A DNA stretch of 64,000 bases from Candidatus Kaiserbacteria bacterium (GTDB lineage: Bacteria > Patescibacteriota > Minisyncoccia > Phycocordibacterales > UBA918): contig JANPCG010000015.1 of assembly GCA_031430855.1 (NCBI GenBank), positions 641-64,640 on the forward strand, in the 5' to 3' direction. The position numbers were made by a program, and so were the translations under genes. Shown here one piece after another: positions 46,338 to 57,172 of the stretch (position 1 is the stretch's first letter; each line of letters begins with the position of its first letter). Below the pieces are notes generated by a model. That model was not told where the DNA came from. It was given only the letters and a program-made list of their open reading frames with translations, and did not search any database.

Positions 46338-46937
46338 TTATTTGTAGATTTGGTCCACAATTCCGTAGTTGAGTGACTCTTCGGCGTCCATAAAGAAATC
46401 ACGGTCTACATCAGCTTCAATTTTTGAGAGCTTTTGCCCCGTCGCTTTGGCGAGCATTTTATTCAGTCGGTCTCGTGTTTTAAGGATGTGCTTGGCAGTA
46501 ATATCGATATCTGAAGCTTGACCGTAGGCGCCACCGGATGGTTGATGGATCATCACCTCAGCATTGGGCAACATAAAACGCTTACCTTTTGCCCCTTGTG
46601 AGAGGATGAGAGATCCCATTGAAGCAGCCATACCAACACACACTGTCGCAATGTCTGGTTTGATGTGGTGCATGGTGTCGATAATTGAGAGTCCCGCAGT
46701 AACACTTCCTCCAGGTGAATTGACGTAGAGGTAAATATCTTTTTTAGGATCTTCTGACTCGAGGAATAAGAGTTGTGCAACAACGAGATTTGCCATATGG
46801 TCTTCAATCCCTCCCGTAATAAAGATAATTCGTTCTTTTAAGAGTCGTGAGTAGATATCATACGCTCGTTCACCACCCTGGGTTTTTTCAATTACCATCG
46901 GAACAAGTTGGCTCGATTCAATTTCAGTGTGTTTCAT
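46338..46937 (-). CDS. clpP: ATP-dependent Clp protease proteolytic subunit
   Basis: ClpP catalytic region ([16 protein letters not shown]). Confidence 0.95.
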   Translation of the reverse strand: MKHTEIESSQLVPMVIEKTQGGERAYDIYSRLLKERIIFITGGIEDHMANLVVAQLLFLESEDPKKDIYLYVNSPGGSVTAGLSIIDTMHHIKPDIATVCVGMAASMGSLILSQGAKGKRFMLPNAEVMIHQPSGGAYGQASDIDITAKHILKTRDRLNKMLAKATGQKLSKIEADVDRDFFMDAEESLNYGIVDQIYK

Positions 46938-47018
46938 AATATATAGAGTTAATGTCGCGTGGGACGGCCAAAAAGAAAGTGCGACTACAGCATCCTAGCA
47001 AATTGATAGAGAAAAGAA

Positions 47019-47070
47019 AATGGGGCGGTGAGCTAGTCTTTCGACACTGCTCATCGCCCCACCAGCACAC
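47019..47070 (-). terminator. Strong rho-independent terminator (12-bp stem plus U-tract) about 85 nt upstream of clpP, in the tig-clpP spacer
   Basis: Minus strand: GGGGCGATGAGC-loop-GCTCACCGCCCC ATTTTCTTTTCTC. Confidence 0.6.
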
Positions 47071-47389
47071 TGCCTATTTCCCAAGTCAGAGCCTGCGTCG
47101 AGGATGGTACACAGCCTCCCTTGTGTGCTGGTTCGTCCGAGCGCCTCTGATTCGCCCTGACGTATTTGAGATCAAGCCTCAGCCTCCGCGATTTACCCAA
47201 TCATCCTGTTATCGGATTACTCGGCGAAGGTTCATTGATTGTACTGCAATTTTAGAAAAAGAAAATGGTCGCGCTAAGTCACTCTAAAACTGCTTCAGAT
47301 GCGCGAAAGACAAGAAAAAAGACCCGAGTGGGACGAAACTGTCCAGCGAGGGCCTTTTTTCGAAGTCTGCCAAAGCAGATGAAATAGTT

Positions 47390-48577
47390 TTAGAGTGACT
47401 CGAGCATCTTCATTACGGCTTCATTCGTCATCACTGAAGCAACATATACACCAACGCGATGTTTGTCTGCATCTTTGTACTGTTCTAGGAGTTGGCTTAC
47501 TTGGTTCTCGAGCTGTAGGGGATCGGGGGTAACATTTTCTACTTTAGCAATTTCATTTAATACGAGTTGGAGTTTTGCTCGTTTTTCAGCCGCCGGGGTC
47601 CATTCCTTCTTCATGTCATCCTGGGTTTTGTTGATATGTTTTAGGTAGTCTTCCATTTTAAGATTGGCGCGCTCCAGGTCTTCGTTCATTTGGGCAAACA
47701 TTTGATTTAACTCAGAATCAATCACAATTTGTGGCAGTTCCATAGTGGTAGCCTCAATAATTGTGTCAGTGATTTTTGCGCGGTGCTTGGCGGTGCCGTC
47801 ACGTTTCTTTTCAATCGTGAGATGTTCTCGGAGTTTGGCTTTAAAATCAACAATGTCGGTAAATTGTCCAGGCTGTCCAAGAGTTTGAACAAGCTCATTC
47901 GTAACTTCCGGTAATGGTAGTTTTGCAAAGTCTTCTTCTGTTTCAATCGGTGTCTCTTCAGTTGGCGGAGTATCTATTCCTTCAGCTATATTTTTGGCTG
48001 CTGCTTTTGCTTGGAGTCTATCGTACGCCATTTTTTGCCGGAGAATATCACCGATTTGTTTTTCGATGTCAGCATCAGTTACCTCCAAAGATTCCTTAGC
48101 GAGGTTGGTTGTTTTAGCAAGTTGTTTATAGTCCGGAAGAGTAATGGTAGGAAGTACGGCTACGGTGGCAGTAAATCCGAGTGGGTTGCCGGTAGCAATT
48201 TTAGTAATAGAAATTTGTGGATACCCAATCGCATCAATCGCATGAGCTTCAAGGATGTGGGGATACATATGATTGATTGCCCGCTCAGCCATTTCAGCCA
48301 AGATTCCCATCTCCCCGACGGTTTTTACAATTATCGCTTCAGGCACATGTCCTGGCCTGAATCCGTCAATTTTGAGGTTAGCTCCGAGATGGGCAATTGC
48401 ACCACTGCGTTCAATTTCTAGTTCAGAGAAAGGTATTTCGCCCGTAATTTTTACTTGAGAACCGGGTTCTTTTGTGACCGTAAAGGCAGTTTTAAAATCA
48501 ATATCGTGGTGATGGTGTGAATGTGACATAGTACGCGCTAGTGTACTTATATATAGAAGATTTGCAACCTGGTACAA
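47390..48577 (-). CDS. tig: Trigger factor (peptidyl-prolyl isomerase chaperone); His-rich N-terminus (HSHHHH)
   Basis: FRPGHVPEAIIVKTVGEM PPIase-region motif; 395 aa. Confidence 0.85.
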   Translation of the reverse strand: MYQVANLLYISTLARTMSHSHHHHDIDFKTAFTVTKEPGSQVKITGEIPFSELEIERSGAIAHLGANLKIDGFRPGHVPEAIIVKTVGEMGILAEMAERAINHMYPHILEAHAIDAIGYPQISITKIATGNPLGFTATVAVLPTITLPDYKQLAKTTNLAKESLEVTDADIEKQIGDILRQKMAYDRLQAKAAAKNIAEGIDTPPTEETPIETEEDFAKLPLPEVTNELVQTLGQPGQFTDIVDFKAKLREHLTIEKKRDGTAKHRAKITDTIIEATTMELPQIVIDSELNQMFAQMNEDLERANLKMEDYLKHINKTQDDMKKEWTPAAEKRAKLQLVLNEIAKVENVTPDPLQLENQVSQLLEQYKDADKHRVGVYVASVMTNEAVMKMLESL

Positions 48578-48620
48578 AAAATCCCGGTCAGGAGAGCGGG
48601 ATGCGTACGTTGAGGAACGT

Positions 48621-49037
48621 TTACTCTACTGCAGCTAGCGCAGCATCGAGTTCGGCCTTTATTGGGTTTACTTCAGCAGTGAGATCACCTAAATAGGTTG
48701 ATTCGAGATCGGCCTTAATAGTAGAAAGTTCGTCTGAAGTGCTCACGACATCCATTACTTCAGTACGAGCCTCGGCGGTTGTGCTCTCAGGTTCGTTATT
48801 TTGTAAGGCGGTTGGTCGAAGTTGGGCGGGAATCGCCTCTGGTTTTGCGACGAGGAGGTACCAGTAGAATAATCCAGCCAGGATAGCGACGAGAATCAAA
48901 AAGAGAAGAATTATAATTGGAGCCGAGAGCACCTTATCATTTTTTGGTACTTCAATTTTTTTACTCTTTGAAGACGTCGGCATTCTCATGGCTGCTCCTT
49001 CAAAATTCGGCTCAATAATTTTTTCGTTGTGTTGCAT
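48621..49037 (-). CDS. Membrane-anchored hypothetical protein (start set at the ATG at 49037)
   Basis: N-terminal basic region, one TM helix (IIILLFLILVAILAGLFYWYLL), acidic C-terminus. Confidence 0.4.
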   Translation of the reverse strand: MQHNEKIIEPNFEGAAMRMPTSSKSKKIEVPKNDKVLSAPIIILLFLILVAILAGLFYWYLLVAKPEAIPAQLRPTALQNNEPESTTAEARTEVMDVVSTSDELSTIKADLESTYLGDLTAEVNPIKAELDAALAAVE

Positions 49038-49047
49038 ACCTATGTAA

Positions 49048-49647
49048 TTATTCGGGTAGTGTACTCGTGGCAGTGCTGGTTGATGTCGACGATGGAAGCG
49101 ATGAGCTCTCCAATGCTTGCACACTTTCACGAAGAGCGGTGTGTGCGGTAACTACCTGTGCTCCAATCGTACCATAGATGTTTTCCAGTCGAACCCATGC
49201 CGTGAGCGGATCACTTGATCCAACAAAAGCCGCCACTTCAGCATCAATGGTTTGGAGACTAATAGTCGCTACTTGGAGTTGGGTCAATGCCTCGCGGTGA
49301 GATTTTCTCGCTTCGGTAACTATAAAACCCTCAGCCTCCATTTTACTCAAGCGCTGCTCGAGTCGGCCAGCCACGTTAGTGAGTCTTCGTACGCTGGCGT
49401 CGAGACGATTACTTAAATTGGCGGCGAGATTTGTGATGCGACTCTGAGCCACTGGTTGTAGTGCCGCTTGGCGGGAATCAACTACCGGAGGAAGGGATAG
49501 TAAAAGTGTTGAAGTACTGGTATTTTCGTTCCGCGTTTCGAGGCTCGAAGTAGTACTTGTCGTAGTTTGGGCAACGGAAAGAAACGGTAATATCACAAAA
49601 ACAGATAGAATTATGAGACGGGCTGTGCAGGATACGATACGCAACAT
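49048..49647 (-). CDS. Secreted hypothetical protein (signal peptide, Ser/Thr-rich, coiled coil)
   Basis: Start chosen at the ATG at 49647 (MLRIVSCTARLIILSVFVILPFLSVAQT). ORF track extends to 49710. Confidence 0.4.
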   Translation of the reverse strand: MLRIVSCTARLIILSVFVILPFLSVAQTTTSTTSSLETRNENTSTSTLLLSLPPVVDSRQAALQPVAQSRITNLAANLSNRLDASVRRLTNVAGRLEQRLSKMEAEGFIVTEARKSHREALTQLQVATISLQTIDAEVAAFVGSSDPLTAWVRLENIYGTIGAQVVTAHTALRESVQALESSSLPSSTSTSTATSTLPE

Positions 49648-49747
49648 ATGGCAGTAGTATAGCAGCCATGCACGGACGAGAGTAGGGCAGTCGTGTAAAA
49701 CAAAAACCACAAGCCGAGACCTATGATTTTTGTGACTTCATTTTGGA

Positions 49748-50668
49748 CTAGAGTTTTAGGACCGGAAGAATTTGTTTTTTGCGGGAGAGAATACCAGGGA
49801 GTACTTCGGTGTCGCTGGCGACTGTGACACCAAATGAATTTTGAATTACCTGCTTCGTGAGGTCATTGTAGGTTAAGACCGTGGCTTCTTCTTTAAGGAT
49901 GTCGACGATAAAAAATAATACATCATCAATATCACCTTCGGTTGCTACTAATTCAGTCATGGCGGCAACAATACCGGCTTTTCTGCTCAGAATAGTTTCT
50001 GGACTGGTAGTTTCTATGACGGAAACGCGGAAATTTTTATCGCCTACGTCATATTTTTTACTATCAAGCTTAATCAGACCGCTATCCGTAAACATAGAGA
50101 CGTCTGATTTAGCAGCGAACATTTGATCAGCGTATTCAATGATGTTTATCTTAAGTACTGCAGCGATAGATTCAGCGACGTCTTTGTCGTGAGGGGTGGT
50201 GGTGGGAGAGCGGAATGCCAAGGTGTCAGAGAGAATGCACGATAAAATCAGTCCAGCAATATCGTTTGGTAGTTCGGATGCTTCTATTTCCATTTCATCA
50301 AACATTACGGTCGCTGTACAGGCCAGCGGTCGGACGGTGATAGTGGCTGGCAATTCGGTAGTTAGTCCGCCTACGAGTTTATGGTGGTCAAGGATTGCTA
50401 TAATCGAAACTTCATTGATTGTTGGTGGTAATTCCTGTGGGTTGTTAGTGTCAACAATAATAACCTCCTCCCCGGCTATTAGTTCCGGTAGTAGTGCTGG
50501 CGTCAGGACACCAAAGTGATTTAGTACAAAAGCAGTTTCTGTATTAAGGTCACCGAGCACATACGGAGTAGCATCACTTCCCGTGTGTGTGTTCAGATAC
50601 CAGGCCCATATAATTGCCGACGCGGTCGCGTCTGTGTCCGGTGAGAGGTGTCCAAAAACTTTTATCAT
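49748..50668 (-). CDS. ppaC: DHH/DHHA2 family II (Mn-dependent) inorganic pyrophosphatase-like
   Basis: MIKVFGHLSPDTDATASAI, ETAFVLNHFGV and ILDHHK motifs parallel PpaC; 306 aa from the ATG at 50668. Confidence 0.7.
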   Translation of the reverse strand: MIKVFGHLSPDTDATASAIIWAWYLNTHTGSDATPYVLGDLNTETAFVLNHFGVLTPALLPELIAGEEVIIVDTNNPQELPPTINEVSIIAILDHHKLVGGLTTELPATITVRPLACTATVMFDEMEIEASELPNDIAGLILSCILSDTLAFRSPTTTPHDKDVAESIAAVLKINIIEYADQMFAAKSDVSMFTDSGLIKLDSKKYDVGDKNFRVSVIETTSPETILSRKAGIVAAMTELVATEGDIDDVLFFIVDILKEEATVLTYNDLTKQVIQNSFGVTVASDTEVLPGILSRKKQILPVLKL

Positions 50669-50790
50669 AGAAATAATTACGTTTACTAATTGAATCTGTA
50701 GTGTAGAACAAGAGAGAATTGCACGCAAGCGGGCTACCAAAAATCGACACGAGGACTATGTCCTCGTGTCGATTTATTGGAAGCACTCAA

Positions 50791-52200
50791 TTATTTTGCT
50801 TCTGCTTCAGTTCCTTCAAGATCTGTCATCTCCGCTTCTTCGTTAATCAGAGCTTCAGCTTCTTCAGGAGTCTCTACCTCTTCTAGCTGCTCGTCCTCGG
50901 TACTGACGTCACGGTCAGTTGTTGCTTCATCAGCCACTTCTTCGGTCGCAACGATTGATTCCGAATCTTCATTTACCAATTCGTCTTCAGCTGAAGTAGT
51001 GGGGACAGCTTTACTAACTGAGGTGCCATCCGCTTCAGCTACGGCTTCTCCTGTTTGGGCAGAAACAATATCAATTTTCCAGCCCGTTAGTTTGGCGGCT
51101 AAACGAACGTTTTGTCCGCCGCGCCCGATAGCAAGCGACTGTTGATCGGCTGCCACTTCAGCAACCGCGTGACCGCGTTCACTTCCTGATTCGTTCGGTT
51201 CAGTCACAATTTTTACCCCCATGACTTGCGCTGGGCTCAAGGCATCTTCGATAAATTCGCTCGCAACCGGTGACCACTCGATAATATCGATTTTTTCCCC
51301 ACCTAATTCACTCATAACGGTTGAGACACGAACCCCGCGTTGTCCCACCATTGAACCAACCGGATCGATATGTGAATCGTTTGCGTAGACAGCAATTTTT
51401 GATCGTGCCCCGGCCTCTCGAGCTACTGCTTTTACTTCCACGGCCCCGGTTTGTAACTCGGGTGTTTCAATGGCAAACAGTCCGGCGAGGAAATCTGGGT
51501 GAGAACGAGAGAGTTTAAGGAAAATTCCTCGAGGCGTTTCTTCTACGGCCAAGAGAATTGCGCGGATTCGTTCTCCCGGTTTGTATCGTTCGCCTGGCAT
51601 TTGTTCGTCGTACGGCATAATCGCTGTTACGCGTCCGAGGTCAACGTAGAGATTTCCTCGTTCGAATCGCTGAACAATACCAACGACAATATCACCGGCC
51701 TTTTGTCCAAACTCTGCCAAGGCCGACTCCTTCTCTGCTTCGCGGATTTTTTGAACGATAACTTGTTTTGCAGTCTGCGCCGCAATTCGGCCAAAATCAG
51801 CTTTTGATTCAAGGGGGAACATCAACTGTTCTCCTAATGTAGCTCCTTTTTTGATCATTTGAGCAACCCCAAGCATGATGTGCTTTTCTTCGTCAAAGCG
51901 CACTTTTTTGATTCCTTCCGCGTCTGGAATCACATCTTCTTCGTCGATGGTGTCTTCTTCTCCTTCAGCTGGTTCCGGTCGGAGCATGCTTTCATCTACG
52001 ACGATTTTAATCTGATTAAAATTAACGTCTCCAGTATTTAAATCAAAGTTGGCAGTAATAATTTGTCCACGCTTTCCAAATTCTTTTTTATAGGCCGTCG
52101 CTAAAGATTGCTCAATGGCGTCAATCATCTTTTCGCGCTTAATGCCGCGTTCTTCTTCCATCTCAGTCAGTACCGCGTGAATCACTTTTAAATCGAACAT
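50791..52200 (-). CDS. nusA: Transcription termination/antitermination factor NusA with an acidic C-terminal extension
   Basis: N-terminal MFDLKVIHAVLTEMEEERGI, S1 and KH domains; ATG at 52200. Confidence 0.9.
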   Translation of the reverse strand: MFDLKVIHAVLTEMEEERGIKREKMIDAIEQSLATAYKKEFGKRGQIITANFDLNTGDVNFNQIKIVVDESMLRPEPAEGEEDTIDEEDVIPDAEGIKKVRFDEEKHIMLGVAQMIKKGATLGEQLMFPLESKADFGRIAAQTAKQVIVQKIREAEKESALAEFGQKAGDIVVGIVQRFERGNLYVDLGRVTAIMPYDEQMPGERYKPGERIRAILLAVEETPRGIFLKLSRSHPDFLAGLFAIETPELQTGAVEVKAVAREAGARSKIAVYANDSHIDPVGSMVGQRGVRVSTVMSELGGEKIDIIEWSPVASEFIEDALSPAQVMGVKIVTEPNESGSERGHAVAEVAADQQSLAIGRGGQNVRLAAKLTGWKIDIVSAQTGEAVAEADGTSVSKAVPTTSAEDELVNEDSESIVATEEVADEATTDRDVSTEDEQLEEVETPEEAEALINEEAEMTDLEGTEAEAK

Positions 52201-52461
52201 ATATGTATTGTGAGGTATTCCTCTTAGTTGTAAATAATCCTTAAATTCATCACTTTTTGGACAAAGAACGCGCGGGCAAGCGCCCGCGCGGAAGTCATAT
52301 ATACTATAGCTTCCTTTTGTGTGATTGTCAAAATGATAAATCAAACGACATACTGAATTATTTTTTGTGTTTGCAAACAGTCAAAACAAAAATCTGACGG
52401 AAACGTTTGCTATACTATAAGTACGACAAGTTCTTTTGTTCGTTAATTTTTGGAGCATCAC

Positions 52462-54213
52462 ATGCGTATTGCTGATGATCAGTTAAAGCGATTTATTCTT
52501 GATTCCAACCTTGTAACCAAGGCTGATATTGCTGCTGCCGAGAAAGTCTCCAAGGACGAAAAACGAACATTAAGCGAAGCCTTGATTGCCGGAGGTCTTA
52601 TGACCGAAGATGACATGCGGCGAGTAGAGTCATATATTCTTGGGATTCCGTTTGTGTCACTCAAAGACATTAAGATTGATTTTGAAATCCTCTCGCTGAT
52701 TCCTGAGCCGGTTGCGCGGACACATAATATTATAGCGTTTAAGAAAAACGAGTTTACGCTCGAGGTAGCCATGCTTGATACCGCAGATTTACCGGCTATA
52801 GATTTCATTAAAAAAAAGGTAGGATTAAAAATCTTACCCCGCTTGACGGATACCGACTCAATGCGCGGGGCCTTGCGCCAGTATCAAAAAACCCTCAAGG
52901 ATGAATTTGGTGACATTATTATGCGTGACGCCAGCTCACTTAAAGTGGTAAGTGACGCAAATGGTGAAGAGATGTCAGAGGCTGATCTAAAGAAAATGGC
53001 AGAAGATTTGCCCGTGGTACGAATTGTCGACACCCTCCTCCGACATGCCATCATTCAAGGCGCCTCAGATATTCATATTGAACCAATGGAAGAAGAAGTG
53101 TTAGTGCGGTACCGTATCGACGGTATCTTAAATGACGCCATGAAATTGCCAAAGATTGCGGCGGGTACTATTGTCGCTCGTCTTAAGGTGCTCTCTAACC
53201 TTAAACTTGACCAAAAACGACTTCCGCAAGACGGTAGATTTAAAATGGAAATGGATGGACAAAAAGTAGCCTTTCGCGTGTCGATGCTCCCAGTTTATTA
53301 TGGAGAAAAGGTGGTCATGCGTTTATTGCGAGAAAACCGCAGCGGCTTTTCGCTCGAAGGAATTGGTTTTCATGGGAGTACGCTCGAGCGTATTCACAAA
53401 GCAACGCGAGCAACGACCGGTATCATTTTGGTAACAGGTCCAACGGGGTCAGGAAAATCAACCACGCTTTATACGGTGCTTGATCTCTTAAATACGCCGG
53501 AAGTAAATATCTCAACCGTAGAAGATCCGATTGAATATCAGATGGCCCGTGTTAATCAAACACAAGTGAAGCCTGATATTGGTTTTACGTTTGCGGCTGG
53601 CCTAAGGTCTTTGATGCGTCAAGATCCCGACATTATTATGGTGGGAGAAATTCGCGATCAAGAAACGGCCAGTCTGGCTATCAATGCAGCCTTAACCGGA
53701 CACCTGGTCTTAGCTACTGTGCACACCAATTCCTCGTCGGGTACCATTGCCCGTTTAATTGATATGGGGGTTGAATCATTTCTCTTGGTATCAACCCTGC
53801 GGGTTGCGATTGGTCAGCGTCTCGTCCGAAAATTAGCTGATGACAAAATCGCGTACACTCTTACGAAAGCAGAGCGTGACGAACTAGCACTTCATGCCAA
53901 CCTCGATTTTGTATTAGAAACACTCAAAGAAGAAAAAATTGTGAAAGATGACGCGACATGGAATGATATCCCGTTCTATCATCCCAAAGAAAAGGGAGTG
54001 ACCGAAGATGGATATCATGGTCGAATGGGAATTCATGAAGTCTTGGAAATGTCAGCGACCATTAAAAATATGGTAATGAGTAGAGAGACGGGTGATGCGC
54101 TTGAAGCACAGGCGCGCAAGGAAGGGATGCTTACGATGATGGAAGACGGAATTTACAAAGCCGCCAAGGGACTGACGAGTATTGAAGAGGTGCTTCGAGT
54201 CATTAGTGAATAA
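52462..54213 (+). CDS. pilB: Type IV pilus assembly ATPase PilB/GspE family
   Basis: Walker A GPTGSGKSTT; Asp and His boxes; tetracysteine-less variant. Confidence 0.9.
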   Translation: MRIADDQLKRFILDSNLVTKADIAAAEKVSKDEKRTLSEALIAGGLMTEDDMRRVESYILGIPFVSLKDIKIDFEILSLIPEPVARTHNIIAFKKNEFTLEVAMLDTADLPAIDFIKKKVGLKILPRLTDTDSMRGALRQYQKTLKDEFGDIIMRDASSLKVVSDANGEEMSEADLKKMAEDLPVVRIVDTLLRHAIIQGASDIHIEPMEEEVLVRYRIDGILNDAMKLPKIAAGTIVARLKVLSNLKLDQKRLPQDGRFKMEMDGQKVAFRVSMLPVYYGEKVVMRLLRENRSGFSLEGIGFHGSTLERIHKATRATTGIILVTGPTGSGKSTTLYTVLDLLNTPEVNISTVEDPIEYQMARVNQTQVKPDIGFTFAAGLRSLMRQDPDIIMVGEIRDQETASLAINAALTGHLVLATVHTNSSSGTIARLIDMGVESFLLVSTLRVAIGQRLVRKLADDKIAYTLTKAERDELALHANLDFVLETLKEEKIVKDDATWNDIPFYHPKEKGVTEDGYHGRMGIHEVLEMSATIKNMVMSRETGDALEAQARKEGMLTMMEDGIYKAAKGLTSIEEVLRVISE

Positions 54214-54218
54214 ATCCT

Positions 54219-55445
54219 ATGCCAACATTTACCTATCAGGGAGAGGATTCAGAAGGAAAAAAGGTTACTGAGACAGTAACGGCTGATGATCGGTATGCGG
54301 TGTATGACATTGCCCGGACAAATGGACATACGGTTTCGGGAATAGAAGAGCGGACAGGGATCAAACTCAAGCGCTTGTTTGACATGGAGGCTATTAATGC
54401 TCGGTTGGGACGGGTAAAACAAGACGAGCTCGTCATGGTGACACGAAATCTCGGTTCTATGTTGGTAGCGGGGCTCACTATTACAAGGGCACTCTCGGTT
54501 ATCGAACGTCAAACCACCAATGCGAAGCTTAAGGACGTGGTTCGAAAAATTATTGCACGTATTAACAAAGGTGATCAGTTTAATGAAGGCCTCAAGGATC
54601 ATCCAAAAGTTTTTTCTGATTTATATATTGCAATGGTTCGCGCTGGGGAAGAGAGTGGTAATTTAGCCCAGTCTCTCCAGACGTTAGCGATTCAAATGGA
54701 ACGAGCATCAAATCTCAAGAAGAAAATAAAAGGTGCCATGATGTACCCGTCAATCGTAATTATTGTTATGTGCATCATTGCAGTTTTAATGATGATATTT
54801 GTGATGCCAGCGATTACCGGAGTGTTTGAAGGGATGGGTAAAGATCTGCCAGCCACCACGAAAGCGTTGATTGCGGCAACCAACTTTTTTGCGAACTATA
54901 CCCTCATCGCTGTTGGGGGTATCCTTGCGTTTGTTGTTTCTATCATTTGGGTCCTAGGTACCAAGATTGGGAAACGCTGTACCTCATGGATTGTCACGCG
55001 GCTACCCGTTATCGGTACTCTCGCCAAAGAAATGAACTCTGCCCGTACCGCACGGACACTCTCATCACTCTTGGATTCTGGAGTTGATGTAATGCAGTCA
55101 TTATCGATAACCGAAGAAGTGGTGCAAAATTTCTACTACAAAAAAATTTTACAAACAGCTCGCGAGCGAGTAGAGAAGGGGACGGCGCTCTCAGAATCTT
55201 TTATTGAGCGGTCAGATTTATATCCCGTTCTCGTCGGGGAAATGATTTTGGTAGGAGAGGAAACTGGTCAAATTTCAGGCATGCTTGGTGAATTAGCGAT
55301 TTTTTATGAGACTGAAGTTGAGCGTAAGACCAAGGATCTCTCTACTATTATTGAGCCAATACTAATGGTGGTAATAGGTGCAGGAGTTGGTTTCTTTGCG
55401 CTCGCCCTCATTGCTCCAATTTATTCAATCTCAGATGGTCTCTAG
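54219..55445 (+). CDS. pilC: Type IV pilus platform protein PilC/GspF
   Basis: Two GspF repeats, three TM helices, 408 aa. Confidence 0.9.
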   Translation: MPTFTYQGEDSEGKKVTETVTADDRYAVYDIARTNGHTVSGIEERTGIKLKRLFDMEAINARLGRVKQDELVMVTRNLGSMLVAGLTITRALSVIERQTTNAKLKDVVRKIIARINKGDQFNEGLKDHPKVFSDLYIAMVRAGEESGNLAQSLQTLAIQMERASNLKKKIKGAMMYPSIVIIVMCIIAVLMMIFVMPAITGVFEGMGKDLPATTKALIAATNFFANYTLIAVGGILAFVVSIIWVLGTKIGKRCTSWIVTRLPVIGTLAKEMNSARTARTLSSLLDSGVDVMQSLSITEEVVQNFYYKKILQTARERVEKGTALSESFIERSDLYPVLVGEMILVGEETGQISGMLGELAIFYETEVERKTKDLSTIIEPILMVVIGAGVGFFALALIAPIYSISDGL

Positions 55446-57168
55446 ACATATCACAAAGAAAAATGGCTTTTCTCTCGTAGAGGTTTTGATTGTCTCAGCC
55501 ATTATGGTTATTGTATTTGGCGGTTTGATTATGGGGGTAAAGTATACACTTGATTTGATTTCAATTAGTCGAGCAAAATTAACGGCACTCACCGTCGCGA
55601 ATAATCATATGGAATATATACGCTCTCTTTCCTATAACGCAGTGGGAACGGTAGCCGGTATTCCGTCGGGCGCTATACCGCAAGTGAGTACTACCTCACT
55701 GAATCAAGTCGTCTTTACGCGCACCACTCTCGTGGAGTACATTGACGACGACGCTGACGGTAGTGGTGTCGCTGACAGTAATAGTATTACGACAGACTAC
55801 AAACAAGCAAAAGTTACTATTTCTTGGGAATATCGCGGCGTGCCGTATGAAATATTTTTAGTCAGTAATATTATTCCTCGATCGATAGAAACAAGTGTCG
55901 GTGGTGGGACGCTCCGGATTAATGTGTTTGATAAGAATGTTGCACCCTTGCCGGGAGCGACGGTGCGTTTGCTTAATACAAGTGCTACGACTACGGTTGA
56001 CGTGACGAGGATGACCGATGCGACAGGCATTGCCCTGTTTGGTGGGGCACCAGCCGGTCCTGATTATCAAGTATTTGTGAGTGCTCCAGGGTATTCATCA
56101 GATCAGACGTATGTTGCGACGACGTCACTTCCGAACCCAACTACCAGGCCGGCTACGGTATTAGAGTCAGACATTACGACGATGAATTTTTTTATCGATC
56201 GTGTTAGTGATGTTTCGATTACCACCTATGCCAGTCGTATGGAAGCATTCTCCGTCGAGGAATTTATCGATACAAGTGGTGTTGCTACTACTACTGCAGC
56301 GGTTGTTGTGGGGGGGCAGTTAGTGCTCGAGGATACTGCAGGAGTGTATCAGCCAACCGGAAGGGTACAGTTGATACCGGTGTCGCCAGGAAGTTTAGCT
56401 CATTGGGAACGTATTGTATTTGAAAGCGTCCTCCCCGGGGGAACAGGTTACCAAGTCCAGGTTTTTACGGGCACCTCATCTCCTGTTCTTATTCCTGACT
56501 CTGATTTACCAGGTAATAGTCTTGGTTTTTCTGGAGGAACTATTGATTTGGCCGCGCTTGATCCCGTACTGTACCCAGGTATCATTATTGGCATTACTCT
56601 CACTACGACAAATCCCTCAGTTACTCCACAAATTCGATCTCTCAAGACCTGGTACATAACGAGCGAGACAGTTGAGCCTAATGTTGACCTAACCCTAACT
56701 GGCGGGAAAACAATTGGAACGCGCGCGGACACGTCATTGGTTTACAAGTCAGTGATTGCAACGACGACTAATGGTTCAGGGGAGAGAACGCTCCAAAATA
56801 TCGAATGGGATGGGTATACCGTTCGGGCGAGTGGATATGATATTCGCGAAGCGTGCCCCGCGAACCCTTTGGTCGTTGAGCCTGACGATGACATTGATCT
56901 TGGGGTAGTGCTGGCTTCTAATTCTGCACATAGTCTGCGAGTAGTGGTGCTTACCGCTGGAGGCATGACGCAATCAGAGGCTGAGGTTACGCTCACGCAA
57001 GGAGCTTTTTCGAGTACTGAAACGACAGGATTATGTGGACAGGTATTTTTCAGTAGCTTAAGTTCAGCTCCTGATTATAATCTTTCGGTTACGACTCCAG
57101 GATTAGGAACTCAAGTAGTAACGGCTTTTGATATTACCGGTGATGTTGTGCAGGTAGTACAATATTAA
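55435..57168 (+). CDS. Large type IV pilin-like protein (prepilin leader plus roughly 550-aa extracellular domain)
   Basis: Class III signal MVSRHITKKNG|FSLVEVLIVSAIM with Glu at +5. Overlaps the pilC stop by 11 nt. Confidence 0.65.
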   Translation: MVSRHITKKNGFSLVEVLIVSAIMVIVFGGLIMGVKYTLDLISISRAKLTALTVANNHMEYIRSLSYNAVGTVAGIPSGAIPQVSTTSLNQVVFTRTTLVEYIDDDADGSGVADSNSITTDYKQAKVTISWEYRGVPYEIFLVSNIIPRSIETSVGGGTLRINVFDKNVAPLPGATVRLLNTSATTTVDVTRMTDATGIALFGGAPAGPDYQVFVSAPGYSSDQTYVATTSLPNPTTRPATVLESDITTMNFFIDRVSDVSITTYASRMEAFSVEEFIDTSGVATTTAAVVVGGQLVLEDTAGVYQPTGRVQLIPVSPGSLAHWERIVFESVLPGGTGYQVQVFTGTSSPVLIPDSDLPGNSLGFSGGTIDLAALDPVLYPGIIIGITLTTTNPSVTPQIRSLKTWYITSETVEPNVDLTLTGGKTIGTRADTSLVYKSVIATTTNGSGERTLQNIEWDGYTVRASGYDIREACPANPLVVEPDDDIDLGVVLASNSAHSLRVVVLTAGGMTQSEAEVTLTQGAFSSTETTGLCGQVFFSSLSSAPDYNLSVTTPGLGTQVVTAFDITGDVVQVVQY

Positions 57169-57172
57169 GCAT

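Noticed and set aside
47032-47074. GGGGCGG...TCGCCCCACCA looks like a tRNA minihelix with a 3' ACCA on the plus strand
   Set aside because: On the minus strand, which is the strand of tig and clpP, it is simply a 12-bp GC hairpin followed by a U-tract. I therefore call it an intrinsic terminator, not a tRNA-like gene.
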